A stretch of DNA of 64,000 nt from SAR324 cluster bacterium (GTDB lineage: Bacteria > SAR324 > NAC60-12): positions 208,835 through 272,834 of the forward strand of contig JADFZZ010000001.1 of NCBI GenBank assembly GCA_015232315.1, given 5' to 3'. Positions 38,109 through 48,470 of the stretch are shown here, piece after piece (within the stretch, counting starts at the first letter, position 1; the number at the start of each line of letters is the position of its first letter). The notes below the pieces were generated by a model. That model did not search any database. It was not told where the DNA came from and saw only the letters and a list, made by a program, of their open reading frames with translations. The translations under genes were made by a program, and so were the position numbers.

Positions 38109-38298
38109 TTGGCAGAGATATTTTTCCATATCATCTGAAACCCCGGCAGTGGTCTCGTTTGGGTAGTACTGCAAAGGTAATGCTTTTGAGATCATTTTTC
38201 AGATTTTGACAATGAACCACTCTTGACTCAAATTATATTCACTTCTATTGTGTACGTATCTTGAAAAATATGATGTACGTTCCAGAACCGGAGGAATT

Positions 38299-38535
38299 AT
38301 GAAAACTGTCACACCAACAGAATTGCGGAGTAATATTTATCATTTACTGGATGAAGTACTCAGCACAGGAGTGCCCATTGAAGTGAATAAAGGTGGAAGG
38401 AAACTGAGGATTGTGCCTATTGGAACGACAGAAAAACTTCAAAACCTGGTTTCAAGACCTCATGTCATTCAGGGAAATCCGAATGATCTGGTCAATATTA
38501 GTTGGGAAGATGAGGTGAATCTTGATTTACATTGA
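38299..38535 (+). CDS. Phd/YefM-family antitoxin
   Basis: GGAGGA RBS; MKTVTPTELRSNIYHLLDEV...KLRIVPI. Confidence 0.65.
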   Translation: MKTVTPTELRSNIYHLLDEVLSTGVPIEVNKGGRKLRIVPIGTTEKLQNLVSRPHVIQGNPNDLVNISWEDEVNLDLH

Positions 38536-38896
38536 TACACATGTGGTGGTGTGGCTGTATGCGGGACTCACTGAACAATTAAGCGAACAGGCCAAAGAAC
38601 TTATCAATGAACATGAAATTTATATTTCAACCGTTGTTCGTTTGGAATTACAATATTTGTACGAAATCAAACGTATCACTGATGACTCCAATACCATCGT
38701 TTCTGATCTGACTACAAGATTGGGACTTAAGGTGTGTGACAAAACTTTCAATGCTGTTATTGGTCAAGCACTTCAAGTCACGTGGACGCGTGATCCTTTT
38801 GACCGTATGATTACAGCTAATGCGGCTCTTGACAAAAATATTCTGCTTACCCGAGATCAGAATATTTTAGTCAATTATTCAAACGCCAGGTGGTAA
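38522..38896 (+). CDS. vapC: PIN-domain toxin (VapC family)
   Basis: TTG start overlapping the antitoxin end; IYIDTHVVVWL and further acidic residues. Confidence 0.6.
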   Translation: MIYIDTHVVVWLYAGLTEQLSEQAKELINEHEIYISTVVRLELQYLYEIKRITDDSNTIVSDLTTRLGLKVCDKTFNAVIGQALQVTWTRDPFDRMITANAALDKNILLTRDQNILVNYSNARW

Positions 38897-38960
38897 GCGA
38901 GGTCATCTCGCCATTTTGTCACCACACAAAGGATTCTTATCTCAACCTGACAGGACACCT

Positions 38961-40220
38961 ATGACACAAACCTCACAAAAATCACAATCCACCTTGCCTC
39001 TCAGAGGCGTCAGGGTGCTTGATTTCACCCAGAATCTTCCAGGGCCGTATGCCACATTTTTGCTGGCATGTCTGGGAGCCGAAGTGATCAAGGTTGAGCC
39101 TCCCCGTGGAGATGGGGCCAGGGCATTGCCGCCATTTTTTGAAATGGTCAATCGGGGCAAAAAAAGCATGACTGTGGATTTGAACCGGCCTGAAGATCGT
39201 GAAATTCTCTGCTCACTTGTGTCAAGGATGGATGTGGTGGTGGAAGGTTTTCGCCCCGGTGTGATGCAGAAATTCGGATTGAATGGTTCTGCGTTGCTGG
39301 AAATAAATCCAAGACTGATCTATTGCTCCATCAGCGGCTACGGACAAACCGGGCCCCTGTCTGAAACACCGGGTCATGATCTGAATTTTCAGGCTTTTTC
39401 CGGGATGTGCCACATGCAACGTGATGCGTCTGGCATACCTCAACCTGTTGCCATTCCTATGGCCGATTTGTCTTCTTCAATGTCAGCCGTATCCGCCATT
39501 CTTGCGGCACTCTACGCCCGGGAAAAGGAATTCATTGGCCGGATCATTGACATTGCCATGACCGACACCATTTTTTCATGGGTCTGGATCTGGTATCAAG
39601 GACTTCACCCTCAAAACGCTTCCGCAAAGCAGGGAATAGCGTCCGCTGAAAACTGGCTGGATTCACAGAAAAAAGGCGTATTGCATCGGCTTCGTCCCTT
39701 GTTGTCATCGCCCTCTCTGAAAAACTCCCTTGAGCATCTGGAACAGAAAATTCAACACAGTTCGTTCATCAAGGAACTGGAACGCCTTCGACTTCACATT
39801 CTGCCGCATTATAATTTGTATCGCACTAAAGACGGGCATTATCTCAGCATTGGCATTGTGGACGAAGAAAAATTCTGGAAGATTCTTTGCAAAGAGCTCA
39901 ATCTCAATGCGTTTCTCGCTGTTCCTTTGCCGGCAAGGGGGGTGTTAGCATGGCCCCTTCGCAGACAAATCAGGCAACGTATCGCAAAAAAGACGCTTGA
40001 AGAATGGACACAAAAACTGTTTTCAGCGGATCTCCCGGTGTATCCGGTGATTCGCCCGGATGAAGCCGCAAAGAATCTTCAACGTGACAGAAACTCTGTG
40101 ATGGAAAATGGAATCCTGGGGTCCCCGTTTTCATTAGGGCAATGTCCGCCTTCTCCTGCTCCCCGACTAGGAGAACACAATGAAGAAATCCTGGCTTCAC
40201 TGCTCATCCCTGAAAAGTAG
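38961..40220 (+). CDS. CoA-transferase family III (CaiB/BaiF) protein
   Basis: LRGVRVLDFTQNLPGPYATFLLACLGAEVIKVEPP N-terminal signature; ATG 38961 after AGGA. Confidence 0.75.
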   Translation: MTQTSQKSQSTLPLRGVRVLDFTQNLPGPYATFLLACLGAEVIKVEPPRGDGARALPPFFEMVNRGKKSMTVDLNRPEDREILCSLVSRMDVVVEGFRPGVMQKFGLNGSALLEINPRLIYCSISGYGQTGPLSETPGHDLNFQAFSGMCHMQRDASGIPQPVAIPMADLSSSMSAVSAILAALYAREKEFIGRIIDIAMTDTIFSWVWIWYQGLHPQNASAKQGIASAENWLDSQKKGVLHRLRPLLSSPSLKNSLEHLEQKIQHSSFIKELERLRLHILPHYNLYRTKDGHYLSIGIVDEEKFWKILCKELNLNAFLAVPLPARGVLAWPLRRQIRQRIAKKTLEEWTQKLFSADLPVYPVIRPDEAAKNLQRDRNSVMENGILGSPFSLGQCPPSPAPRLGEHNEEILASLLIPEK

Positions 40221-40278
40221 GGGCGACCGGCCGGTCGCCCCAGTCCCATTATTTCTACCAATAATTTACAGGAACCTT

Positions 40279-40563
40279 ATGATCACCGTTGGCATGAATT
40301 ACAAAGTCCTTTCCGGCAAAGAAACCATTTTTGAAAACGCCTTTCGTCAGGTTGTGGAAAAGATGCGAGAAACTGAAGGACATCAGGAGACACGTCTTTA
40401 CAAAGATATTGATGAAAGTCAGAGTTATCTGATTGTTTCGGAATGGACATCCCGTGACGCGTTCAATACCTTCATCGCATCGGAGCAATTCAAAAAAGTC
40501 ACAAATTGGGGAACCACGCAGGTTCTCGCGGGGCGTCCCAAACATGAGGTCTATGAAAAATAG
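40279..40563 (+). CDS. antibiotic-biosynthesis-monooxygenase (ABM) domain protein
   Basis: About 95 aa ferredoxin-like ...YLIVSEWTSRDAFNTFIASEQF... pattern. Confidence 0.5.
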   Translation: MITVGMNYKVLSGKETIFENAFRQVVEKMRETEGHQETRLYKDIDESQSYLIVSEWTSRDAFNTFIASEQFKKVTNWGTTQVLAGRPKHEVYEK

Positions 40564-40685
40564 TTGGAACTTTTCGCAATGTGAATGAAATTTGCTGAAG
40601 AGATCCGCTTTTGCATGGAGATGGCATGAAATTTCTATGATATACGGATCAATAAAGATACTCTTCAGAAAGAACAGGCAGGCAC

Positions 40686-43598
40686 ATGCGGATCAAAATC
40701 TGGATATTGACAGGATTATTGAGTTTATGGTGGGTGGGACAGACCGTTCTGGCGCAGGATGCGGTTACGTCCATTCAGGGCATTGAACTCAAACGCCTTG
40801 GACAGCAATTGAATGTCCGCTTCCTCTGCGATATGACGCCGGTCTATGAAATTGTAGAAAATCTGGACCGTCAAACCATGATCATCAAATTCAAAAATGC
40901 CCGCACTGCTTTTCCTGACGGCAAGGATGAGCGCCGGTTCAATGATGTGATTCTGGAAGGAATCCGGTTTATGCCGGTGGGGAAAGAAATCTGGGCTCAG
41001 ATCAAAACCCTGGAAAGCAACCTGGCTTACAGCATTGGGAAAAGCCAACAACCAGGGGTTCTGGAACTGGAACTGCGTCCCTCTGTTGTCTTGAATCCCC
41101 TACCACCTCCGCCCCGTGAACCTTCACTTCGCCTCACCGCAATTCGCTTTGGAATGCATCCGCCTGACTACTCTCGAGCCACATTTACGCTGAGCGGGGA
41201 AGCCCGTATCATGATTGTTCAGGACAAAGACCAGAAAACGACTAAAATCCGCTTTGCAGACACACATCCAGCACCTGATCTGAAAATTCCGACCTATTCC
41301 GATGACCGGATTCGCTTTGTTGAAATCACAAAAGATCCCAACCAGACCTTCATCAGCATTGAATCAACGACTGGCAAGCTGGAAGTCAAGGAAAGTTTTT
41401 TATATGATCCTCCCCGGTGGGTCGTTGATTTTTATGGCGAACCCGGATCTGCTCAAGTCACACCTGAGGTTGCGGAAGTCGTTGAAGAAAAAAAGGATCT
41501 GACCGAAGAAGAACAGCAAAAACTGGCGGCTGAAGAAAAAAAACGTGAACTGGCTGAAAAAGAAAAACGAAAGGAAGATCGTGCAAGAAGCAACCGTCAA
41601 GCGGCCTTGCGTAATAATTATGCCAAGGCGGAAAGTGCCTTCAGAGATGGCAGTTACACGGGTAGCATCAATATTTTCAGACAAATCTACACCCAGGCCA
41701 AAGCCGATACCGGTGAATTTAAGGATCCGTTAGACCCGTTGGCGATTCAGTCCCTGTTCAGAATCGCGGATGCCATCTATACCATGGTGGAAAAGGAGAA
41801 TGGTCGGAATTATCATGAAGCGATCACGGCCTATGAAACAGCGATCCGGGTGGCAAAACAGAATGATGTGGAACTGGATCTGATTCCACATGCCTATTTC
41901 CGGATTGGGCAAAGTTATCACAAAATGCAGTTTTATGATGACGCCAACCTGATTTATCAGCAAATTGAGACAAATTATCCCGGCAGTGTTTACGCAACAG
42001 AGGCCCGTTTCTGGAAAGCCGTCAGTCAGGTGGATCGCAGAGAATGGAATCTGGCAATTCAGGATTTCCGGGAGTACCTGCGCACGCCGGATACCAAACA
42101 TCTGGCGACCGCTTATTATAAAATGGCGGAAGCCTATTACAACATCAATCAATACATCAAGGCACGGGAGGCGTTCGACAAAGCCCGTGCGATTGATCCC
42201 CGCTACCCTGATGACGCGTCCCTGTTGTTCCGCATGGGGGAAACCTATTATGAAACCGCGGATTACGCCACGGCCCGGGAAGTGTTCAAGGTATTGCTCA
42301 AGCGCTATCCCGATGCTGATTTTTCCAAACTGGTGGCCTTGCGTCTGGGTGATTTCCTGAGAGATGAAGGCCAGGAGGATGAGGCCATAGCTGTCTATCA
42401 GACCGCTATGAAAAGCTTCTCTCGTGACATTGCGTTGCTGGGAAAGATGAGAATTGCCAATATTCAGGCACAGCGGCCCTATTCCCGTGAATTCCATGAA
42501 GCGATCAAGGTTTATGATGAAATTGTAACCAAATATCCGGAATCCTCCCAGGTGGAAAACGCCATGCTCCGCAAAGGCTTAACGCTGACTCTGTTTGGAC
42601 AGTATGTGGACGCGATTGCGGCATTAGAGACTTATATGCAGAAGTATCCCAACAGTGTGTATGTGAATAAAAACATTATTCAGGATAACATTGACGAAAA
42701 CCTCAAAGGGCTGATCAACCGTCACTTCATGGAGGGCGATTATCTGGGGGTGCTGGCCATATATCAGGAGTACAAAGCAAAATATTTAACCAATTTCCAG
42801 TTTGACACCACTCTCTTTCAGGTGGGCATCGCCTACCAGAAAATCGGGTTGTTTGATGACGCGCTGGATTTGTTTAATTTTGTTGAAAATCGCACTTCGC
42901 AGACTTTGAAGGAACTCACCGCGCAGGAAAAAGCGGAGGTGCTCATTCAAAAAGGGGAACTGGCACTCGGACGGGACACACTGGCCCGTTTTATCAACGC
43001 GTTTCCTGACAGTCCCTATGATGCGGATGTTCGCAAGCGTCTGGCGGAGGTGTTTGAACTGAATCGTCAGTATCCGGAGGCGATTCAGGTCTATGAAGAA
43101 ACCCTTCGAAAATATGTCAAAACCAACAATCCGCTGCATGCCGAGATTGTTCCCAATCTGTATTTTCAACTGGCAGAGCTTAATAAAAATCAGGGGAATT
43201 ATGTCAGAGCTGAGGAATCCTATATCCAAACCATTAAACAGTTCCGGCATCCTGTGATTGGCGATAATGTTCCGGGTTACATCATTCAAAGCCATTTCTA
43301 TGAAGCTGAAATGGCTTATAAACGAAAAAACCTGGATACGGCTCTGCAAAAATATGAAAAAGCCATCAGTCTGTATTCCGGGCGGGATGAACCAGAGGTG
43401 ATTGAGTCGGTGCGCTGGGCCAGATTTTATATGGGCAATATCTTTCAATCCACTGGAGAATTACAAAAAGGCTTAGCAATCTACAAGGAGCTGATGGATA
43501 TCCCTGATAACCCGGACGCACTCTGGAAAAAACTGGCGAAGGAAAATTTTGACGCGTTGACTCGCCAATTGGCTTATGAAAATTATCTCAAAAACTGA
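40686..43598 (+). CDS. large secreted protein with two N-terminal AMIN-like domains and multiple TPR repeats
   Basis: Signal peptide; AMIN-like beta modules; Glu/Lys-rich linker; Y/A/W-rich 34-aa repeats across about 600 aa. Confidence 0.6.
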   Translation: MRIKIWILTGLLSLWWVGQTVLAQDAVTSIQGIELKRLGQQLNVRFLCDMTPVYEIVENLDRQTMIIKFKNARTAFPDGKDERRFNDVILEGIRFMPVGKEIWAQIKTLESNLAYSIGKSQQPGVLELELRPSVVLNPLPPPPREPSLRLTAIRFGMHPPDYSRATFTLSGEARIMIVQDKDQKTTKIRFADTHPAPDLKIPTYSDDRIRFVEITKDPNQTFISIESTTGKLEVKESFLYDPPRWVVDFYGEPGSAQVTPEVAEVVEEKKDLTEEEQQKLAAEEKKRELAEKEKRKEDRARSNRQAALRNNYAKAESAFRDGSYTGSINIFRQIYTQAKADTGEFKDPLDPLAIQSLFRIADAIYTMVEKENGRNYHEAITAYETAIRVAKQNDVELDLIPHAYFRIGQSYHKMQFYDDANLIYQQIETNYPGSVYATEARFWKAVSQVDRREWNLAIQDFREYLRTPDTKHLATAYYKMAEAYYNINQYIKAREAFDKARAIDPRYPDDASLLFRMGETYYETADYATAREVFKVLLKRYPDADFSKLVALRLGDFLRDEGQEDEAIAVYQTAMKSFSRDIALLGKMRIANIQAQRPYSREFHEAIKVYDEIVTKYPESSQVENAMLRKGLTLTLFGQYVDAIAALETYMQKYPNSVYVNKNIIQDNIDENLKGLINRHFMEGDYLGVLAIYQEYKAKYLTNFQFDTTLFQVGIAYQKIGLFDDALDLFNFVENRTSQTLKELTAQEKAEVLIQKGELALGRDTLARFINAFPDSPYDADVRKRLAEVFELNRQYPEAIQVYEETLRKYVKTNNPLHAEIVPNLYFQLAELNKNQGNYVRAEESYIQTIKQFRHPVIGDNVPGYIIQSHFYEAEMAYKRKNLDTALQKYEKAISLYSGRDEPEVIESVRWARFYMGNIFQSTGELQKGLAIYKELMDIPDNPDALWKKLAKENFDALTRQLAYENYLKN

Positions 43599-44275
43599 TG
43601 ATGGCCGCAGATCACTTCATTGAGATGATGTTTCAGCATGGATGGGCGTTTGATTCCAGTTGCTGGGAAAAATGGCTACAGGCATTTCCTGATAATGTGG
43701 ATCTGCTATTCGAGGATCGCGGATATTATGGTCCGGTACGTCGGGTTTCTTTTCAGCGTCAGGCTTCTTTCAAAATTGTGGTGGCCCATTCGATGGGGTT
43801 GTGGTGGCTCAGTGAGTCTGTGCTCAGTCAGTGTGATCGTTTGATTTTGCTGGGATGTTTTGAAGGACTTCCTCCGGAAATTGAAGGCAAACCGCTCGCG
43901 TTTTCCAGAAGTCTGCCCCGTATGATCCGAAAATTCAGGGAACAGCCCTTATCGGTTTTGCGGGATTTTTTCAAATATTGTGATTGTCCGGATTTTTTCA
44001 TGGAGAATTGCGATTTGTCCATCAATCTGGAATTGCTGATGGAGGATCTCGTTCAGTTGAAAAACAACCGGATGGATCTGGAATTGTTGGAGAATATCCC
44101 GGATATCCTGATGTTTCACGGGACACAGGATCAAATCATTCCTCTCCGGTTGGGCACACAACTTCAGCAACAGCTTTCTCAGAGTCAATTGATCCTTGTT
44201 CCTGATGCGGGACATGCGCTACCAGTCGTGTTACCAGATGTATGCCCGCATTCTTTTCTGTCAATCATCGCCTGA
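43598..44275 (+). CDS. alpha/beta-hydrolase; BioH/BioG-like pimeloyl-ACP methyl ester esterase candidate
   Basis: Nucleophile elbow VVAHSMGLWW; HGTQDQIIP and DAGHALP (Asp/His); immediately upstream of bioC. Confidence 0.5.
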   Translation: MMAADHFIEMMFQHGWAFDSSCWEKWLQAFPDNVDLLFEDRGYYGPVRRVSFQRQASFKIVVAHSMGLWWLSESVLSQCDRLILLGCFEGLPPEIEGKPLAFSRSLPRMIRKFREQPLSVLRDFFKYCDCPDFFMENCDLSINLELLMEDLVQLKNNRMDLELLENIPDILMFHGTQDQIIPLRLGTQLQQQLSQSQLILVPDAGHALPVVLPDVCPHSFLSIIA

Positions 44276-44290
44276 AAAAAGTTATACCGC

Positions 44291-45091
44291 ATGATAGCAC
44301 CGGACATAAAACATAAAATCATCCGGAATTTTTCCCTGCATGCCCGGGAATATGAGAATCATGCGGATTTTCAAAAATATTCGGCAAACCAGTTTTTTTC
44401 CCGTTGCGAGCCGATTCTTCCCTTATGTACACAGCATCCTGTGCTGGAGATTGGCTGTGGAACAGGGTTTGTTTCAGAAATTCTTTTGTCAGCCGCACCA
44501 GACCACCATCTCGAAATCACGGATATCTCACCTGCCATGTTGAGACAATGTCAGGAACGTCTCCTGAGTCGGCAAATTCCCATTAATCATGCGAAATTTT
44601 ATCAACTGGATGGTGAAAAACTGGACACCAGGGAGCATTATGGCCTGATCTTGTCCAATCTTACGTTTCAATGGTTTCTTGATTTTTCCGGGTCACTGGA
44701 AAAACTGATGAAGGCCTTACGTCCCGGGGGATGGTTGGTTTTTTCTGTTCCGGGAAGTGGTTGTTATCCTGAGTGGAAACAGGCATGCATGGCACTCCAT
44801 CTGTCTGTCACGGCCAACAGTCTTCCTGATTTAACGGCCCTCACAAAACAAATGCAACCCCACTCTGCCGGGATTCACCTGGAGCAGATGGAATATACAG
44901 AATGGCACCCCTCCGCCAGAGCTTTTTTCCATAGTCTCAAAGCAATTGGAGCCGCGACCAGCCTTGGTTCGGTCAGGCTGTCGCCTTCAGAATTCAGACG
45001 TTTGCTGGAATATCTGGACGGTCAGGCCTCTGACCGGGGAATACCGGTGACCTACGAATTGGGGATATTCACGCTTCAGAAGCAGGCGTAG
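44291..45091 (+). CDS. bioC: malonyl-ACP O-methyltransferase BioC-like SAM-dependent methyltransferase
   Basis: LEIGCGTGFVS SAM motif I; HAREYENHADFQKYSA N-terminus resembling BioC. Confidence 0.55.
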   Translation: MIAPDIKHKIIRNFSLHAREYENHADFQKYSANQFFSRCEPILPLCTQHPVLEIGCGTGFVSEILLSAAPDHHLEITDISPAMLRQCQERLLSRQIPINHAKFYQLDGEKLDTREHYGLILSNLTFQWFLDFSGSLEKLMKALRPGGWLVFSVPGSGCYPEWKQACMALHLSVTANSLPDLTALTKQMQPHSAGIHLEQMEYTEWHPSARAFFHSLKAIGAATSLGSVRLSPSEFRRLLEYLDGQASDRGIPVTYELGIFTLQKQA

Positions 45092-45138
45092 GAACACTCA
45101 AAAATTAGAATAGAAAACTTTCCAAAAATATTTCTTCT

Positions 45139-45190
45139 GCCAGGCACACGTAGAGACGCGCGATTCGCACGTCTCTACAGATCTGAAAAT
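45139..45190. repeat. GC-rich hairpin repeat (family 6) between convergent bioC and trmJ-like
   Basis: ctgccaggcacacgtagagacgcgcgattcgcacgtctctacagatctg; may act as a bidirectional terminator. Confidence 0.5.
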
Positions 45191-45211
45191 GGAGGTTGCT
45201 TGATACTAAAA

Positions 45212-45979
45212 CTAATACAATTTATTCTTTTGCTGTTCCATAGAAGCGGGCTGACTTTGCTGATCGAGTGCCCAACGGGTTTGCCTGATCATTCCCCGTA
45301 GCAAGGCGAGATCGTCAGGTGATGGTTGAGCACGGAACAGCATCCGGCGGATTTTGTTCATGCGGGCTTCAACGGTATGGGGATACAAATAGCCAATTTC
45401 CAGTAGCAATTCTGAAAGATGCTCCAGAAAATGATTCATATCCGTCACAGGAGCCAGAGTTTGAGCCTGCCCGGACTGTTCCTCCGGATGATCCGAAGTC
45501 GTGGCTTGTTCGGCGCAAAACCAGCGGTAGCAGCAAATTCCTACGGATTGAGCAAGATTGAGTGTGGAAAATTCAGGCGATGCGGGTATGTGGATCCAGT
45601 GCTGGGCCCATTGCAGTTCTTCGTTGCTCAACCCCCGGTCTTCAGCGCCGAATAAAATCCCTGAAGGCTGATTTTGTGAGATGATCCGGTTAAAAATCGG
45701 GTCTGGTTCCAGCATGGTTTCCTGGATCTGCCTTGATTTCGCAGTGGTAGCCATCACGGTCGAGCATCCTTCCAGAGCCTCCGCCATTGTTGATACACAA
45801 CGAATTTCCCGCAGAATATCCGCTCCATGTGTCGCCATATTGAACGCCTCCTGTGAGTGAACATCACAGCGTGGATTCACGGCGATCAAAGAATCAAAAC
45901 CGAAATTTTTCATGACACGGGCAATGGATCCTACATTCAGGGGCCCCTGGGGTTCTACAAGGACAATACGGGGTTTCAT
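45212..45979 (-). CDS. SpoU/TrmH-family RNA 2'-O-methyltransferase (TrmJ-like)
   Basis: IVLVEPQGPLNVGSIARVMKNFG N-terminal SpoU motif; ATG 45979 (TTG at 45985 in the ORF track). Confidence 0.7.
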   Translation of the reverse strand: MKPRIVLVEPQGPLNVGSIARVMKNFGFDSLIAVNPRCDVHSQEAFNMATHGADILREIRCVSTMAEALEGCSTVMATTAKSRQIQETMLEPDPIFNRIISQNQPSGILFGAEDRGLSNEELQWAQHWIHIPASPEFSTLNLAQSVGICCYRWFCAEQATTSDHPEEQSGQAQTLAPVTDMNHFLEHLSELLLEIGYLYPHTVEARMNKIRRMLFRAQPSPDDLALLRGMIRQTRWALDQQSQPASMEQQKNKLY

Positions 45980-46004
45980 AAGCAAGTCAGATGGGATCAG
46001 GGTG

Positions 46005-46796
46005 TTATTTGGAGATCAACAGGTCTTCCCGGAGTTGATGCTGTGGGGTGAATAATCTAAAAAAAGCGAGCAGTATCACCCCTGTCAATCCAAAGGCAAC
46101 GGCCGAGGCGATCAGCACCATGATCACGATCTGATAACGTACCGCTTCAATCGGGGGCGTTCCTGATAGAATCTGTCCGGTCATCATTCCCGGTAAACTC
46201 ACCACGCCAGCGATCATCATAGTGTTCAGAATAGGGATCATGCCTGTTCTCAGGGTGTTGCGCATGGTCTCCTGAATAGCTTCCCAGCGTGTGGCACCCA
46301 ACGCCAAGGATGTTTCGATCTTGTCACGATGAGTGACAATTTCTTCCATGAACCGGTCAAGGCCCAAGGAGATACCATTCAGGATATTTCCCAGAATCAT
46401 ACCGAAAATCGGGAAAAAATATCGTGGTTCGTACCATGGGGTTACCTGAATGATGCCTGTCAGTCCAATGCCGGTGACAATGAAGGCAGAACCCAGAATG
46501 GAGACAAAACTGTGCCAGTAGATGCCGGGAAATCTCCGTTTTGTACGGTTCACCGCTGAAATGCTGGCGATGGTTGTCATGATCAATGCTCCGACCATCA
46601 CCCAGATAAACGAGCGGAGCGCAAAGATCCACTCCAGAATCATACCGACCAGCAATAACTGAATGGTCATCCTTGCCACGGCAATTCCCAGGGATCGCTC
46701 AAGTTTGAGCTTTAACATCAGCGATAGCCCCAGATTACCCAGCAAAAGCAACAATGCCAGGCCCAGTTGAAGAGGATGAATCGAGATATAGTTCAT
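46005..46796 (-). CDS. fetB: ABC transporter permease, FetB/YbbM (UPF0014) family
   Basis: 263 aa, multi-TM; overlaps the upstream ATPase gene by 4 nt. Confidence 0.65.
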   Translation of the reverse strand: MNYISIHPLQLGLALLLLLGNLGLSLMLKLKLERSLGIAVARMTIQLLLVGMILEWIFALRSFIWVMVGALIMTTIASISAVNRTKRRFPGIYWHSFVSILGSAFIVTGIGLTGIIQVTPWYEPRYFFPIFGMILGNILNGISLGLDRFMEEIVTHRDKIETSLALGATRWEAIQETMRNTLRTGMIPILNTMMIAGVVSLPGMMTGQILSGTPPIEAVRYQIVIMVLIASAVAFGLTGVILLAFFRLFTPQHQLREDLLISK

Positions 46797-47476
46797 GAGT
46801 TGGCTCCTGCTGGATTCAATGTAATCTGACGGTTGGAGATTCTGGAAATCTGGGCTTCATCATGTGTGATCCATAGCCATGAACGCAAGGTCTGCCGTTC
46901 CTGTTGCCAGTCTGTTAAAAATTGCTCCACTTTGTGCAGGAGGGGCGGATCCATGGCTGAAGTTGGTTCATCCAGCAAAAGCAATTCAGGGTCATTTTGT
47001 AAGGCTCTCAGGAGGGCTACAAGCTGAGCTTCTCCTCCAGAGAGACGATGGGCTTTTTGGGTTAAAAATGATTCAGGACGTCCCAACAAATTTAGCCACT
47101 TATGAATCATGTCAGCGGGGTATTTCTGATTTTTGTACTGTCCATACTGATAAACACGTCGAAAGTTATCTTCAACGGTTCCTTCCCATAGCATTGGTTT
47201 TTGTGCGACATAGCGCACCTGAGTCCGGTACAACGGAACAGACCATTGCGCCAGGGGTTGATTTTTATAAAAAAGCTCTCCTTCCTGAAGTGGATCCAAC
47301 AAGCATAACCGTCGCATCAGCAACGATTTTCCTGAACCTGAAGGGCCAGTCAACGCAATTCGTTCTCCAGACTGAATCTCAAAATCGAGGCCTCGCCAGA
47401 GCCATTGATCATTGATGTAGCATCCCAACTGATGAGCGTTGAGATTCCATGAGGAAGCATTTGGGGAAATTGTCAT
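46793..47476 (-). CDS. fetA: ABC transporter ATP-binding protein, FetA/YbbL family
   Basis: Walker A GPSGSGKS, signature LSGGEAQ, Walker B LLLLDEP. Confidence 0.75.
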   Translation of the reverse strand: MTISPNASSWNLNAHQLGCYINDQWLWRGLDFEIQSGERIALTGPSGSGKSLLMRRLCLLDPLQEGELFYKNQPLAQWSVPLYRTQVRYVAQKPMLWEGTVEDNFRRVYQYGQYKNQKYPADMIHKWLNLLGRPESFLTQKAHRLSGGEAQLVALLRALQNDPELLLLDEPTSAMDPPLLHKVEQFLTDWQQERQTLRSWLWITHDEAQISRISNRQITLNPAGANS

Positions 47477-47728
47477 AAATCCGGAAACTCTTGTGTAAAC
47501 AAAGGGGGTTCATAACATAATCATGTGAACGGGAGCACATCATACATAAGGTTTCCGGATATTCCAGTTTTGTCTTTGTCGTGAAATGCTCAGGAAATTC
47601 GTGGAATCATGGTTTGGAAACCCAAACACTGAACCTGACTTGCTGTCAAACAGGGGGATATAATCACTTGAACATTAAATTCAATCTCTATAAAACCTCG
47701 AAAGTTGTCGCTGTCCTGATTTTAAAGT

Positions 47729-48448
47729 ATGTCTTCCAACTATCTGTCTGTTAGATATCATACTCTTAGTGGATCAATTATTGATATGAGTAAAAACCCA
47801 AAAAAACGTAATAAACCGAAAAAAAATAAGAACCACTTACCCAGAAGTGTAATGTTTAGAAAGCGTAAGTCATTACAAACACTTCAATTTTCAAATTACA
47901 GTATTACATATGACGCGCTTGAGAGAACCAGATTTCCAGAAGAAGTGGAAGAACAATTTAAAGAGCTTCATGATCTTGTTTATAGTGATCCACTTGAGGC
48001 AATTCCACGTTTAAAGGCATTAAAGGCAAAGTATCCAGAGATACGTGAATTATACAATTGGCTATTCGCCGCTCTCAGCAAAAACGAACAATTGGAAGAA
48101 GCTGACGCAATCGTAAAGGAAAATTATCAAAAACATCCAGATTACTTATTTGCAAAATTAAATTATGCGGAGTTTTGTCTTCGAAAGGGCAACTTCGAAG
48201 AAGTTCCAATTATTTTGGAACAAAAATTCGACTTAAAAATGCTTTATCCTGACCGCGATATTTTTCATATTACAGAGGTCGTTGGCTTTTTTGGTGTAAC
48301 AGGACTATATTTTCTTGAAAGTGGTCAGATTGAAGCGGCTAAAACATGTTTTAATCTTCTTCAAGATATAGCGCCTGACTCTTCTGTGACCTCAAAATTG
48401 ATGTTAAAACTTGCACCTTTTTTATTTAGAGAATTACTCGGTTTTTGA
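47729..48448 (+). CDS. hypothetical TPR-like protein with basic N-terminus, in an AT-rich gene (about 35% GC)
   Basis: Lys/Asn-rich N-terminus (KKRNKPKKNKNH) then helical repeats (AKLNYAEFCLRKGNFEE). GC content is well below the flanking sequence. Confidence 0.45.
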   Translation: MSSNYLSVRYHTLSGSIIDMSKNPKKRNKPKKNKNHLPRSVMFRKRKSLQTLQFSNYSITYDALERTRFPEEVEEQFKELHDLVYSDPLEAIPRLKALKAKYPEIRELYNWLFAALSKNEQLEEADAIVKENYQKHPDYLFAKLNYAEFCLRKGNFEEVPIILEQKFDLKMLYPDRDIFHITEVVGFFGVTGLYFLESGQIEAAKTCFNLLQDIAPDSSVTSKLMLKLAPFLFRELLGF

Positions 48449-48470
48449 GTGTAAATTGTACACTTCCAAA

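Noticed and set aside
37340-38166. Alternative-frame ORFs (112, 75 and 71 aa) within the lipoate ligase gene
   Set aside because: They overlap a domain-supported coding sequence in another frame. Spurious.
47728-47790. Apparent frame conflict when reading the first 20 codons of 47729..48448 by eye
   Set aside because: Most likely a counting error on my side, because the supplied ORF track gives one continuous frame. Not reported as a frameshift or pseudogene.
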